A DNA stretch of 64,000 nucleotides from NCBI RefSeq assembly GCF_001194135.2, contig NC_068988.1, forward strand, positions 21,224,698 to 21,288,697, in the 5' to 3' direction. Shown here one piece after another: positions 1-13,361 of this stretch; within the stretch, counting starts at the first letter, position 1, and each line of letters begins with the position of its first letter. The translations under genes were made by a program, and so were the position numbers. The stretch is from Octopus bimaculoides. Its lineage: Eukaryota. The notes beneath the pieces were generated by a model. That model was given only the letters and a program-made list of their open reading frames with translations, was not told the DNA's origin and searched no databases.

Positions 1-2603
1 GTCCCTCTGGCCCCTGTGCCGGTGGCACATAAAAAGCACCCACTACACTCTTGGGGTGGTTGGTGTTAGGAAGGGCATCCAGCTGTACAAACACTGCCAG
101 ATCAAATCGGAGCCTGGTGCAGCCTCCTGGCTTCCCAGACCCCAGTCGATCCATCCAACCCATGCCAGCATGGAAAATGGACGTTAAACAATGATGATGA
201 TGACAAAAGGTGTATTTAAAATTTTGTTAAAAATATATTTGAATCTTAATGGACTATGGGATCTTGATGAGATCTGACCTGCCACTCTTCAAGCACAAAT
301 ATGGTAAGGATCACTGATACATCCAAGCTGTTAGTGAAACATTTCCAGTTTTTCACTGATCTATAAATTGTATGTCTACTGAAACATTTTGTTGCTATTT
401 GTTCCTGAATCTCATTATTTCAGTTTCAAATAGACTCAAATCAAAGATATAATGACGGTTTTGTTCCTTGCTGAATGTATCCCTATTGATTCCAGCTCTA
501 CTTCTGGGACCCTTGTATATGCAGCGTATATGACCCACTTACTAATATCTATTTTATCCTATACTAGATGGAAAAACGCTGTCTCTAGATAGAAAAAGAG
601 ATGGAAAAGAGATATTAAAAAGAAAAAAAAAAAATACATATTCCTCATTTTGTGGACCATTGTTTCTGAATTCATACCCTTTTATAAGATCAAACTATTG
701 GCATTTATCCAAAGTTTTCTCCTATATTAGCTACAAGCTACATTCAGACTTTTTCCCAACATCTAATAATTTATTGTATAACAACACCAGAAAAAGCAGG
801 CAGGAATCATTTAATTGAAGGTGAAAAAAGAAATTTTTCATTCAATATTTAAAGTGTAATGTGTTGTCATTAAGGTATTGAAATAGTTGTTTTCTGGCAG
901 CAACCACTGAATGTATTTATTCTGTAAAACCTTGATATATATATGGGGACATACATACACATATATACACTTCCATATATGTGTTTGTAGGGTCTCTATA
1001 TTTAATTGGTGTAGGTATGGCTGTGTGGTTAAGAAGTTCACTTCAGAAACATATGGTTTAGGGTTCAGTCTCACTATATGGATGTTGTTGGCTGATATTC
1101 TATACCGTAGGTGCTGGTTGATCAAATTACTTAGTGAAGTTGCTTGATGGAAACTGAAGCTGGTTATGTACATAAGTGTTTCTATGAGTGAGTTCATATT
1201 TCCCATTATGTGTGTTTGCTAATTGTAAACAAAAGGCACATTTAAACAGTGTCATCTATTCCCATTTCTCCACATAACAATGGATAAACTGTTCATTGTT
1301 TAATGGACTGGGGGATTATTACCTTGCTTAGAAATGGGTGAGGGTTGGCATCAGGAAGGACATTGGCCATAGAAAACTCTTCTCCAATGTTGTCTCACCT
1401 GACCCATGCAAGCATGGAAAAATAGGCATTAAAACAATGATTATGAATGTTAATAGGCAGCAATGCAAGACTGGTGAAGAAGAATAGTTGGTGTCATCAT
1501 ATTGATGATGTTTATTTGAAATAAATTAAGGATTTTAACTGTATGCAAAGAAGTCCAAGTAGATTTTCCAAGAATGTGTTTTGTGTAAGAATTACAAAAT
1601 GATAATTGGTTGAACTAATTATGTGACATTTTCTTTTGCAATTATTATTTTTAGCAATGTTAGGGAAACCTTCATAATTAATAAACACTTGACAACAGAG
1701 AAATCTGCACCAGACTTTAGGAATGTCTCATTCTCTATTTAAGCTTCTTAATCATTAACTGTATTTGATGAAATGTAAGATGTCCTTTTTTTCTAAAAGA
1801 ATGTCTCAAGAAGTCCCCTCACTTCCTGTAGGTAAAAGCTGGGCCTATATTACATGCTTCAGTGCACTAAAAATTTTTCTCTGAATATGTGCTGTTGAAA
1901 TTAGGGTGTGTCTAATATTCTTGTGCATCGTTATTGCCATCAAACATGGTATTTATAAAGCATGAATAATCCTCTTTGCCCTTTCCCTATTTTACTCAGT
2001 TTGCTTTGCAAAGAGAAAGGGCAACTCGTTCACTTTTACGGAAGTAAAAATGAATTTACATTAGTTTTTTTTCAACTACAAAATACATGAACCTTTTTCT
2101 TCATCTATTCAATCTATACAATATGGCCCTGATGGTGACCAAATATTTACATATATTGTTGGGGAAAATGATTTTTGTAGTTACTTTCCTTGTCAATGAT
2201 GACAAGAATGTAAAGTAGAAGCGATTCCTATTTTCTGTAACTGAAGCAAGTAATGCCTTTGGTATAGAGGCATGCACAGTACAGTGTGGTATTATTAGTA
2301 AGATTTAGATTTTGGTCCTTAGGGTCAAGAAATGTATAATCTCTACAGGAGTTATTTTGTATGGATGCTGCCTTCCATGAAATAGCTTAACTCAGAAAGT
2401 GATGATCCTTCATTAATGTCTTAGGAAATTTTTGTAATTTAGTGTAATAGTTGCTATTAACAATTTAACGCTAATCATCTGTTTTTTTTTTCTAAGTGGA
2501 CTCTGTGTAGACCCATGTTCAAAAGGTTTGTCTGCTATTTCTAACCCATACAAATTTCCTCATTTACTTGTAATCACCTTTTGTGTTTATGTTCTTTCTG
2601 CAG

Positions 2604-2757
2604 CCTGCAGGCGTTACGAGAAGAGTTTCTGGAGTTCCATACCAGCAGTAAAGAGCTTGAAGAGGAGATGGATACCACAATAAAACACCTAGATAAAGAG
2701 AAAAAAGACTTTACTGCAGTAAACAGTCGCTTACAAGAAGAAGTAGAATCATTAAAG
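2604..2757 (+). CDS. nudE: nudE (NDE1/NDEL1-like) internal exon, N-terminal coiled coil
   Basis: ttctgcag| acceptor and AAG|gtaggt donor; phase 2 to 0; 154 nt. Encodes (S)LQALREEFLEFHTSSKELEEEMDTTIKHLDKEKKDFTAVNSRLQEEVESLK, matching NDEL1 [24 protein letters not shown]...NQRLKYEVEALK. Confidence 0.95.
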
Positions 2758-2895
2758 GTAGGTTGTTTATTGAGTTATATTTTCCACAATCATCTCAGTA
2801 ACGTGTACCAGTGCCCTGCATGTTATCTTTTGTAAGACTTCATTGTGAAATATTGATTTCATCCATTTAGCTACAAGCTTATTGGGGGTGGTATC

Positions 2896-3650
2896 TGTTG
2901 TATGAGGGAACTGTAATGAGGGAGTGAGGAATAAGAGATGGTTCACCTGCCTTCTTGTCGTTCATCCAGTTGTACTAAGTCCCAAATTTGCACCCTGCCC
3001 ATTGCACCTAATGTAAGCAGCTGCTACTACCAGTCCCGCTAGCTTGCTCCACACACACACGTCTGTTTGTGGCGAGTGCCCCAAGGCAAAAGCAGACAGT
3101 GCTGGTTTTCCTCCTTCACTTCCTCTCTCGGCCTCCCTGTTCTGGTCAGGTCCCTTGACTGTTGACCTCACAGCCCTTTCCTTCTGGCTCATCTCATACC
3201 CACATACTCCCCACCCACCCTCGATCTCAAAGATCACCTCCTCACTTTACTCCATGTCAAAATCTACCATCCACCCATATAGACGCCTCACACGCTGTGA
3301 TCTCTGTAGGGAGGGAGGCTTGTTCTCTTCCTCTCTTCCACCTTTATCGTCCGACAAAGTAACAATTCTGCAAACATCCAAAATAACTTGTTATATGAGG
3401 GAACTGTAATGCAGGGAAATAAGAGATGGTTCACCTACCTTCTCATTGTCGGCCATCCACCTGTACTAAGTCCAAAGCTTGCACTCTGCCTGTTGCACCT
3501 AATGTAAGCAGCTGCTACTACCAATCCATCTAGCTTGCTCCACACGCATCTGTTTGCAGTGAGTGCCTTAAGGTGAAAGAGGATGACCCTGGTCTTCCTT
3601 CTCTCACTTCCTCTCTCGCCCCCTTCCTTCCGGCTCATCTCATCCTCACA
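2896..3650 (-). mobile_element. Miniature non-autonomous LTR retrotransposon (TRIM-like)
   Basis: Direct repeats 2896-3204 and 3389-3650, each starting TGT and ending ACA; 184-bp non-coding core; GTATC 5-bp TSD at 2891-2895 and 3651-3655; G-rich PPT-like tract (minus strand GGGTGGGTGGGGAGTA) abutting the 3204 LTR. Confidence 0.8.
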
Positions 3651-5063
3651 GTATCATTATTAACTTAAGCCCTTTACTCCTTATGGTGCATAGGGCATCA
3701 GTAAATTTTCTCCAACTTTCTTGGCTCTGGGCTATCTTTCCTCTTCCAGGTCTTGTTGGTTCTGAATTATCATTGACGGCTATGTAACTTGCTGTTTTCT
3801 AGGTAGGGAGCATTCTCCCCTACCCAAACTCACTTTTACCTTTGGGTCCATATTAGTCAGGCTTTTATCTTTTGACCTGTCCAGCATGGGAAGCCTTACC
3901 AGGAATTTGCACTCTGCTGGCATAGCTCATTTGAGGCACACAACCTGTCACACTGCAACAAGTACTCGACCATGTGGTGATACATTGTGATAGTGTCATT
4001 ACCACCATCATTTTATGTCTGTTTTCCGTTTGATGCTAGCAGGGTTGGACATGTTTGTCCCAGCAGCATCTCACCAACTTGCTGCAGTTGCTCATGATAT
4101 CACCTGATAGTAGTAAACATGAGTCACCATCACGCCAACAGTGTCTTTTGTTTCCAATCTTCTGTGAAAAGATATCTAGCCAAGGGAAAGTATTACCTCG
4201 CTTGAACATAGGTAAAGGTTGGTGACAAGAAGGTTATGTGACCATAGAAAATCCACCTCATCAAATTGTTTGACCTATATGAGTATGGGTAGGTGGACAT
4301 TAAAATGTGTATTTCAGAAAGAATATCCAGTTTACTTAAATATCACAAGATACTTATTATATTTGTATCATTAATAACTTCATCATTGAAATTGTGAAAG
4401 GGAATAGTTTCTAATATAACTTTGAACAGCTCCACTGAGACAAATGCTCTATATTTTCCATTTGCTTCATGTGTATTGAAATAATTGCTTCTTTTGTCAA
4501 GAAGAATGTTTTAAGGATTCATTATCTTCTTGGTATGCTAAATTCCTCAAATACGAAATGAGAGCTGGTCTGTTTGTCATGAGCCCAAAGACTCATAAGG
4601 CTGGAGTTTAACCATGGTTTCCATGGCATATGAATCTCTGAATGGGACACTGGTCTGTCACATGGTTGACTTCCCAGCTATCACTGAAACTGGGTGGACT
4701 GGAGCACCATGAAATGAAGTGTTTTGCTCAAGAACACAATTCATCACCAGGTCCCGGAATGGAAACCACACCTTCACTGAAATGAGAGCTTTGTTTATTT
4801 ATGTAGGTCTGTCACTGTCTGTCTGTCTATACCTGCTTGTATGCCTGTCACTATGTATTTTTTCTGCTGGTATGAGATGGATGTGCTTGTCATGCAACAT
4901 TGTTGTCACTAGTCTCTGTTAGGTCCAATGTTTACAGATCTGTTTTCCCTGTATCTTCTCACATTCTGTATTAGTATTTTCTACTGTTAGTGTACAACTG
5001 TACTTTGTTTAGTCCAGCACTCTAATTGAGGCCATTCACGTCATATTTGAACCATCTGAAGTG

Positions 5064-5065
5064 AG

Positions 5066-5118
<53 letters not shown>
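5064..5118. repeat. (TG)n microsatellite
   Basis: Directly visible. Similar TG/CA, AT and AG tracts at about 13225, 25590, 29030, 37910, 54295, 56775, 57385, 62470-62660 and 63960; (CTA)n at 47500-47585; (AAT)n at 54880-54918. Confidence 0.97.
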
Positions 5119-5122
<4 letters not shown>

Positions 5123-6219
5123 ACTGAGTAAGATTTGTGTGGTTATTGTTCAGTTTTGGACTGTTGTTGCATAGACAGGACTGCAACGATTGTTTAAACT
5201 GAACAATTGTGATTGGAAGGTAAACTTAAGAATGTGTGCAGTGTTCACTACTAAATACCGGGATGTATTGGAGGTATGCAAGACATTTATAAAGATGGGG
5301 TTTGATATACATTTAGAAGGATTGGATGAGTGTGTGGTATATTTATAGGGGTTGCAGTGGAGTGCACTTATAAGGGTTGATGTTGTGAAGTAGTTTTCAG
5401 ATTGTGGGTGTGGTACATTTGCAAGGATTGGAAGTGTCAGGTATAGATATGGTAATGAGAAGAGGTAAATGTATTGTGTTGGTTTTAATGGGTGTCATGT
5501 AGAGTTGAAGCATTCACAGAAGCAGTGTTGTAGCTAGAACGATATTATGTCTTGTAGCAGGGCAAAATTAGTGACAAGAAATTGAACTCTTTTAGTATGT
5601 AGTCCTGTACATTGACCATTAAACCATTTGTTAAATGTTTTAAGTTTGGAGATATGAATCACACACCTGAGACAAGCTGAGATGAATGCATTGTGTTGGT
5701 TTTTATGTGTATGGTGTGAATGAGTTCATAGGAACAGAGAACATTGTAGTTGTTTTTTTTAAAAAATTTGTTTGTATTTTTTATTTAATCTAATGTTAGT
5801 TGTGTTGCCAATAGCTTTATCTTCAACAGAGTTCAGTCAACATAGTATAAATATCCATTGAATTAAGTTAATTTTTCGTGACTGCATGGTCAAAGAAATT
5901 AAACACCCCTTCCCCCTATATAGATTATCTATGTAATGCGCTCATATCTCTTTGTGTGTATTTGTTGAGCTGATTATCCTAAGATATCAATAATAGGAAT
6001 CTGCACTGATGACATTTAGAGATTAAAGATATAGAAGAAAGCATTTATGATGCAAGTTCACTTGAGTGTCTCTCTAGTTCTAGGTCTTCTATGTTTGTAA
6101 ATATTCAAAGAAAAAAATTAAATTTTCTATGATATTTGTCACCTTAGACTTTTGAGAGCGTCTGACTTGTTTCTCTGGATAATCTTTTACTGTCTGGTTT
6201 CTTGAATATTCCATACCTT

Positions 6220-6662
6220 TGCTTGCGAAGACCTGTTGGGGCAAGCGAAATCGTGATGGCACCACCATTCGAGTGTGATCGTTACCAGCGTTGCCTTCCT
6301 GGCACTTGTGCCGCAGCTTCGCGTTCCTGGCACTTGTGCTGGTGGCACGTGAAAAGTCATTTGAGCGAGATCATTGCCAGTGCCGCTGGACTGGGTCCTG
6401 TGCAGGTGGCACATAAAATACACCATTTTGAGCGTGGCCATTGCCAGTACCACCTGACTGGCCTTCGTGCCGGTGGCACGTAAAAGCATCCACTACACTC
6501 TCAGAGTGGTTGGCGTTAGGAAGGGCATCCAGCTGTAGAAACTCTGCCAGATCAGATTGGAGCCTAGTGTAGCCATCTGGTTTCACCAGTCCTCAGTCAA
6601 ATCGTCCAACCCATGCTAGCATGGAAGGCAGACGTTAAACGATGATGATGATGATGATGATT
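6220..6662 (+). mobile_element. RTE-type 3' end repeat with (GAT)n tail (repeat family B)
   Basis: Shared core ...ggttggcgttaggaagggcatccagctgtagaaactctgcc...catggaaagcggacgttaaacgatgatgat. Other copies at about 1-203(+), 8108-8358(+), 19120-19345(-), 19535-19715(+), 27487-27847(+), 35805-36200(-), 56065-56218(-) and 57600-57770(-). Confidence 0.85.
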
Positions 6663-9600
6663 TACTATTCTATGACACTATAACAAAAGCAATCTCAAGC
6701 AGGATGGCATCATAGCGATTAAAAGTAATATTGTGATTATCTATACATTTTGCATTGATGGGAATGGGATGGCAGTGTGTGATTTGATTTGGCTACTATT
6801 TCTAGCAAAATGAACAACCACATAGAGGCTTCCTCGCAGGCTTGTGTCTTTGGGATGTTGTGATATTGATAGTATTGTTTTACATAGCTGCTCAGGCAAA
6901 AACTCGAAGGAAATAGAGAACACTCTTTGTCAAGACGTTTGTTCTAAAAATAAATATAAGGTTTCTTTTGTGTTGTGTTTCAGACAAACAGGAAATCTTT
7001 TTCACTCGTTTTTGCATTTAAAATTTTATGTGTATGTATAATCAATGTAACAAGGAATATATAGCATATAGAATTGTGAATATAAAATGATTCTATGCAG
7101 GTCAACAAGATTTAGGAGGTTTAATTAAAACAGTAGCAAAAAACGAAATCACTTTACTCAAGGTTATCTTTGTTAGACTCGACTCTGGCAGATACACTGA
7201 TAATTTGGTTTTATTCTGAAAGCAGAATCATACTTTGTCAAAAGAGAGTAGTTGTAGGGTTAAGAAGTTTGCTTTTCAGTCGTATGGTCTTGGGTTCAGT
7301 CCCACTGTCTGGCTTGCATAACTGTCATTTACTATTGGTCTGAGCCGACCTAAGCCTTCGAAGTAGATTTAATAGACGGAAACTGTAAAAAACTTTGAAC
7401 TTTGTGTGTTTATGCATGAGCATTTGTGTGTACTCTTGTAACAAATACCACCACATAATGGTTGTAAATGTGCATCACCCTCACACAAGCGATGTTGTTC
7501 ATTTACAGTCTTCTGTGGAAGAACATGTCTGGCCATGGGAAATATTTACCTTGCTGGGGAACATGTGAGGGTTGGCAACAGGAAGGGCATCTGGCTGTAG
7601 AAAAATCTGCCTTGGCTAATTCAGTCTGACCCAGGCAAGCATTGGAAAAGGAGGTATTAAATGATGATGATTTAGTAGATAGAATCTATCTTGTCACTGT
7701 AGATGAACAGTTTACAATCTGATTTTCATCATTTCTCTTTCTGATTTTACCTGATCTGTTTCCAGATAGGAAGAATTTGGTATACAGAGCTGTGTAGTGC
7801 CAAAGATGAGATTCAGACAAATGGATTTGCAGCTAAGGGTCACCATTTTGGCAGTGATGTCCAAAATCATGTCTCCTTAATCTGGGGGCACTAGTGACTT
7901 TTGTACAGTTAATCTGAACAAGTCTAATTCATTTTTTGATGAGATTTATGTTTGTTTGCAAAGTAAACTTTTAGGAAAGCTTAAAATTGTATTAATTTTT
8001 ACTTTTTACTTGTTTCACTCTTTGGATTGCAGTCATTCTGGTGCACTGCCTTGAAAAATTTTTAGGCGATTGAATCAATCACACTTTTTCTTTTTTTAAG
8101 TCTAACAGGTGGCACGTAAAATACACCATTTTGAGCGTGGCCGTTGCCAGAACCGCCTGACTGGCCTTTGTGCCGGTGGCACGTAAAAGCACCCACTACA
8201 CTCTCGAAGTGGTTGGCGTTAGGAAGGGCATCTAGCTGTGGAAACTCTGCCAAATCAGATTGGAGCCTGGTGTAGCCATCTGGTTTACCAGTCCTCAGTC
8301 AAATCGTCCAACCCATGCTAGCATGGAAAGCGGACGTTATATGACGATGATGATGATGAATACTTATTCCCTTGATCACTATTATTAAATTGTCATGTTA
8401 TGGAAACATAAACAAACCAACACCAGTTGTCGTGTGAGGTAACAAACACAGGCACAAAGGTGTATGTGCACACACACACACACACACACATGTGATGGAT
8501 TTCCAAACTGTCTGCTTCTTAAATTCACTCTCAAGCCATTGGTTGATCTGGGACAATTTGCCCAAAGTGCCATGCAGTGAAACTGAACTTGAAACCACAT
8601 GGTTGCAAAGCAAGCTTCTTAACCACACATCCATGTCCACACCTACCTATTGCTTCATAAACGTATCCAGCTATAATAAATATATTAGCATTTCTTAAAT
8701 TCAAAGTTGTCTTACTTATTGCAAGTGTTGTTCAGCTTCGGGTCAGCACCGATTAAGTAAACCTAAAATCGACTTCCCAAGTATGTCCATCCTGTTGTTA
8801 TATCATGGATTACTGTTGTCCCAGTGTTATGTATCAAAATAGGTGGTTTTGATACATACAGAGTAAAATGTGGAGGACTGGAAAGTCTAAGTTGATAACT
8901 TTGAATGTTCTGACATGTTCTTAATGTTTGGAGTGTAAATTCTGTAGTTAAAGATTTGCACACTGGTACTGCTCCACAACTTTCTCTGTCAACAGATCAA
9001 TGTTGCGCTGCCACTTTTCTCAATTAGTCTTATCAGTTTAAAGTCTTCACTAACAAGTATGTCGCAGGACTCTTGGCTGGTCAAACTTCTTTCTGCACGA
9101 TAAATTCAAGGTGTTAGTAAAACGTGACTGCATGACCTATATTGTTGTTGTCAACGTCTCAATTGTCTATCAATTGGTCTCTTCTAAACTGAACTGTGTT
9201 GCAAGGAAAATATAGCAACTATTTATATCGAGGAAAAGTGACTAAAGATCTGGGAGGTATTTTATCTAAAAATAGAATATTCTTGTTTAAAACTGCTACT
9301 AAATATATCTGTTGGCAAAGATTTAAGGAATTCCTATAGCTTCAGTTATTGGTCATTTACTATGTATTTTTGGGTTGCTTGCACATTCCCTTTTAGAAGT
9401 GAAAAGTCTTAATTTCATTCCATTGGTTTGGCACAGACAACTAGTTTTCTATCTTCTACATTGTCATTTGACCACCCCTGTGCAACGACTTAAGGTTTCT
9501 TTTTTTAAATAATCCTCTAGAGCTGTTATTAGCTAATAGTTGAAGTTGTACTTTATCCTGTTTCAACCCTAATTGAGCATACCTGTGATCACAGGCATTC

Positions 9601-10575
9601 CAACTTGACCATCCTGTCTGATTAGGAATATCTTGGACCATATATTATCTCAGTTGTCCTTCCAATTCTAAAATGGTGAGTGTGATTTGGGGGGAAGATT
9701 TGACTGCTATGTTTAGAAACCTAGTGACTATGCAGATACTCTCTTGTTCAGTTCTTTACTTTGTTTCAAATGGAAAGTAAAAATAGCATTTATTGTATAT
9801 TTCTCAGCTGTAGTTATAGAAAAAAATTTCTTAATAATTTTGGTCACAGGGAGATATTTTTACTTGTTTATAAAATACATAATTTCCTCTGAACGTATGT
9901 ACCACATGTCTTTTTCTCATACTTACATGAGTTAAATAGATCATGAAACACTTTATAGTGTGAACTTTGCATATTTTGCTGTGTTCACAGTATTAGTGAG
10001 TCTCCTCTAACCTGTAGTCATTTTTCATTCAGCAGCATGGGTGTGGTTAAGAAGCTTGCTTCCCACCCTCTTGGTTCTGGGTTTAGCCCCCTGCATGGTA
10101 CCTTGGGCAAGTGTTTTGTATTACAGTCCTAGTTTGACCAAATTCTTGAGTGGATTCTGTAGACAAAAACTTAAAGAACCCTATGATAAAATATCTGTAT
10201 GCCTCTGTGTGCATTTGTGATTAGGTGTTTCCTTGTCTTGACATTGTGATTGTTGTAGACAAGTGCCACCGTCATACAAGCAGGGTTTCATGAAAATATG
10301 TTCAATCATAGGAAAATATTATCTCACTTGGAAACAGGTGACGGATGGCAATAAGAAAGGCACCTGGCTGTAGAAACTCTTGCTCTCAGCATATTATCTC
10401 TGTTGTGCAATATAAAGTTTACATTTCCTTGCACGTGCACTCACACACCTTCACGTGTGCATGCACACACACACACTCACATTCACAAGCTCAAATGCAC
10501 ATGCTCACTTTTGCATGCAGGCACAGTGCACACACGCAGGCACACACACATATGCACACACTCACGCAATGTACG

Positions 10576-10980
10576 CACTCACATGCGCACTTACACTCAC
10601 ATGCGCACTTACACTCACATGCGCACTTACACTCACATGCCCACTTACACTCACATGCCCACTTACACTCACATGCCCACTTACACTCACATGCCCACTT
10701 ACACTCACATGCCCACTTACACTCACATGCCCACTTACACTCACATGCCCACTTACNNNNNNNNNNNNNNNNNNNNNNNNNNNNNNNNNNNNNNNNNNNN
10801 NNNNNNNNNNNNNNNNNNNNNNNNNNNNNNNNNNNNNNNNNNNNNNNNNNNNNNGCCCACTTACACTCACATGCCCACTTACACTCACATGCCCACTTAC
10901 ACTCACATGCCCACTTACACTCACATGCCCACTTACACTCACATGCCCACTTACACTCACATGCCCACTTACACTCACAT
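10576..10980. repeat. 18-bp minisatellite (gcccacttacactcacat)n
   Basis: Tandem units on both sides of the N gap 10757-10853; the first three units read gcgcac. Confidence 0.97.
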
Positions 10981-12334
10981 GTTCACACACTCTCACTCTT
11001 CCACGCACTCACACACATGCACACAATCACAGACACACTCACATGCGCACAAGCGGCTATATCATCATCTTTATTGATTTAGCATCCATTTACTCAGGCT
11101 GGTAAAGCTTGGAAGGTAGTTTGCAATATAGCACCGATAAGGTACAACCCCCTATCTTGAAGACGTCTTTCCTTAGCCTTTTTTTCCAACCCCCTACTGA
11201 CAGCACACTGTTTTAACTTGGTGTTCATTAATGCACAGCATACATGCATGCTAGGATGCAATTTTTTTAATAGGTGTACTTCCTTACTAATAGCTTTTTC
11301 TCATTACTGATATTTCTTTGGGTGTCTCCAGAAATACATGATTTTGCTTCCTTACAAATGAGGAATGTAGCTTTTTCAGGATGCATTAGACAACAAGTTC
11401 CTATGAATTGTTGTTGGTAGTAGTAGTAATAGTAGTGCTAATTTATGATGACTACACCTAGATTATTTTGTTAGCGCTTAGCTCTATAAAACATTTAGCC
11501 AGAGAGGGGGAGAGAGAGAGAGAGGGAGACCTAGCAAAAATCCATATTAAATGTTTGTTTAATGACTCACTTGCATCAGATAGTTACTGGAGAATGTCTC
11601 TTTATGACTAGGCATTGATGAGTTAGTTGCTTGCTAGCCTTTTCAATATCAATCTTCCTGAGATTACCTATTTGTTGTTTGTTTCAAAATGTTCATATGT
11701 AATTTCAACCTTCCGTCATAATTATTGATGAAGGCAGGCGTGTGGCTCAGTGGCTAGGATGTTTCACTCTTCAGTGACACGGGCACACACAACCTGGGTA
11801 GCTGACTCTGTGTTCTAGGGCTACAGACATTGATGCCCAGGGGTTGTTGATGATGATCATAATTTTATGCTGGAACCTCTTGTGTTCCAATCATTATCTT
11901 AATTAAAATGTTACTTTTGTAAATCCTACCATGCTTTTGATTATTTTCAAAATTAATTGAAACGTCAGTGATGTATTTCATTAGAAATAAATTAATGGAA
12001 AGATTTGTCGAAATTTTGCAACAAAATACAAAGTGATTAAAATTAATATTTCTCCATTTGACTTTCATGTTCAGTTTAAAAGGCCTTATTAGCGAGCAAG
12101 ATCTATTTTCATCCTTCAGTCCTTTTGTATTCCATGGATGAAAAGCAGCTTAATTAATTCTAAGTACAAAAATATGATTAATAATTGTCATTATTATGAT
12201 ATAAAGAAAAGAAAAATTTTTGACATTTGTATTGATAGACAAATAAATAACATTGTTAATTAGTTTGTATTATCTTTGTTTACTAATGAAACAGTAAAAT
12301 CTCATTATTTGGTTCTAGAATAATTAAAATAACC

Positions 12335-12735
12335 AAATACACAAGCAACTTGCGTTGGTTAAAAAGTTTGCTTTCCAACTACAGGGTTTCAGGTTCACTT
12401 TCACAATGTCTTCTACTTTAGCCCCAAGTTGAGCATAGTGTTGTACGCCGATTTGGTTTATGGGAACTGAAAGAAGCTCGACATAAATGTGTTTGTGTCT
12501 CCTTGTCTTGCCATTGTGTGATAGGGATAAATGGGTGTCACCATTATACAAGTGGTTGTTTGTTTCCAGTCTTCTATGAAAATATGTTGGGGCATTATGG
12601 AAATAATACCTTGCTTAGAAACTAGTGAAGGTTGGTGATAGGAAGGGCATCTGGCTGTAGAAAAAACCTGCCTCAGTGAATTCTGTCTGACCCATGCAAG
12701 CATGGTGAAGTAGGGGTTGAAACATTGATGATGAA
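12335..12735 (+). mobile_element. tRNA-derived SINE, family C (head ...aagaagcttgcttcccaaccacatgg..., tail ...catggaaaagtggacgttaaaacgatgat)
   Basis: Diverged copies at about 1010-1440, 7240-7670, 10035-10385, 32690-33110, 34240-34630, 48640-48990 and 63795-64000 (+); heads at 8490-8640, 49190-49325 and 52995-53305 (-). Confidence 0.8.
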
Positions 12736-12883
12736 ATGCATATAGTGTATTTTTTTTCTTTTTAAAGATTGGAAACAATCATTTACTAAAACGAAAGAGA
12801 AAACTTATTTCAAATTTTATTCCTTAACTCTTCTTTTTTATTTCTTCTGCAACTCTTTATTTTATTTTTTTTTTATTCTGCAG

Positions 12884-13032
12884 CGTAAATTAGAGTCCTT
12901 GCAAACTGCACGTCACTACGAGGTATCGAAACTACAAACAGATCTTTGTGAAGTTACGGCTTGGAAGGAAGAACACCAGAAATACATAATTCGGATAGAG
13001 CAACTTAATGATGATTTGGAAAGACAGAACAG
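12884..13032 (+). CDS. nudE: nudE internal exon, coiled coil (LIS1-binding region)
   Basis: Poly-T tract then ctgcag| acceptor; AG|gtaggt donor; phase 0 to 2; 149 nt. Encodes RKLESLQTARHYEVSKLQTDLCEVTAWKEEHQKYIIRIEQLNDDLERQNR (cf. NDEL1 KYVRELEQANDDLERAKR). Not in the ORF track. Confidence 0.95.
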
Positions 13033-13222
13033 GTAGGTTTTGTATTATACTCTGTGTGTGTGTGTGCACAAATGCATGGATACAGAGTTCACTTCGTAAC
13101 CACCATATGTTGTAGGATCTATCCTATTGTGTGGCACCTTGAGCAAGTTTCTTCTGTTATAGCTTTGTGCTGACCAGTGCCTTGTGAGTGAAATTGGCCG
13201 ACAGAAACTGCATAAAAGCCCG

Positions 13223-13257
<35 letters not shown>

Positions 13258-13361
13258 GTTGCATGAATGTTTACATTCCACAAATGTTCTGCGCTTTTGA
13301 CTTGTGAAAAGCAGTTGAATAAACTCTTTATGTGCAAAATAGTGAGTGGTTGAATTTTTGT

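Noticed and set aside
568-630. tag|ATGGAAAAACGCTG..., one frame GKTLSLD resembling the NDE1 N-terminus
   Set aside because: No YWK motif and no phase-2 donor; the ATG frame stops after 6 codons. The first coding exon is probably upstream of the window.
6187-6586. Recurring ORFs such as MAEFLQLDA... and MLLRATGTKA... (also 8062, 27371, 35964) that look like a gene family
   Set aside because: They are translations of the same RTE-type 3' repeat (family B).
10345-11105. Long ORFs with HSHAHL / YTHMPT / LTLTCP repeats (possible His-rich metal-binding protein)
   Set aside because: Translations of an 18-bp minisatellite that is stop-free in several frames and spans an N gap; no splice or homology support.
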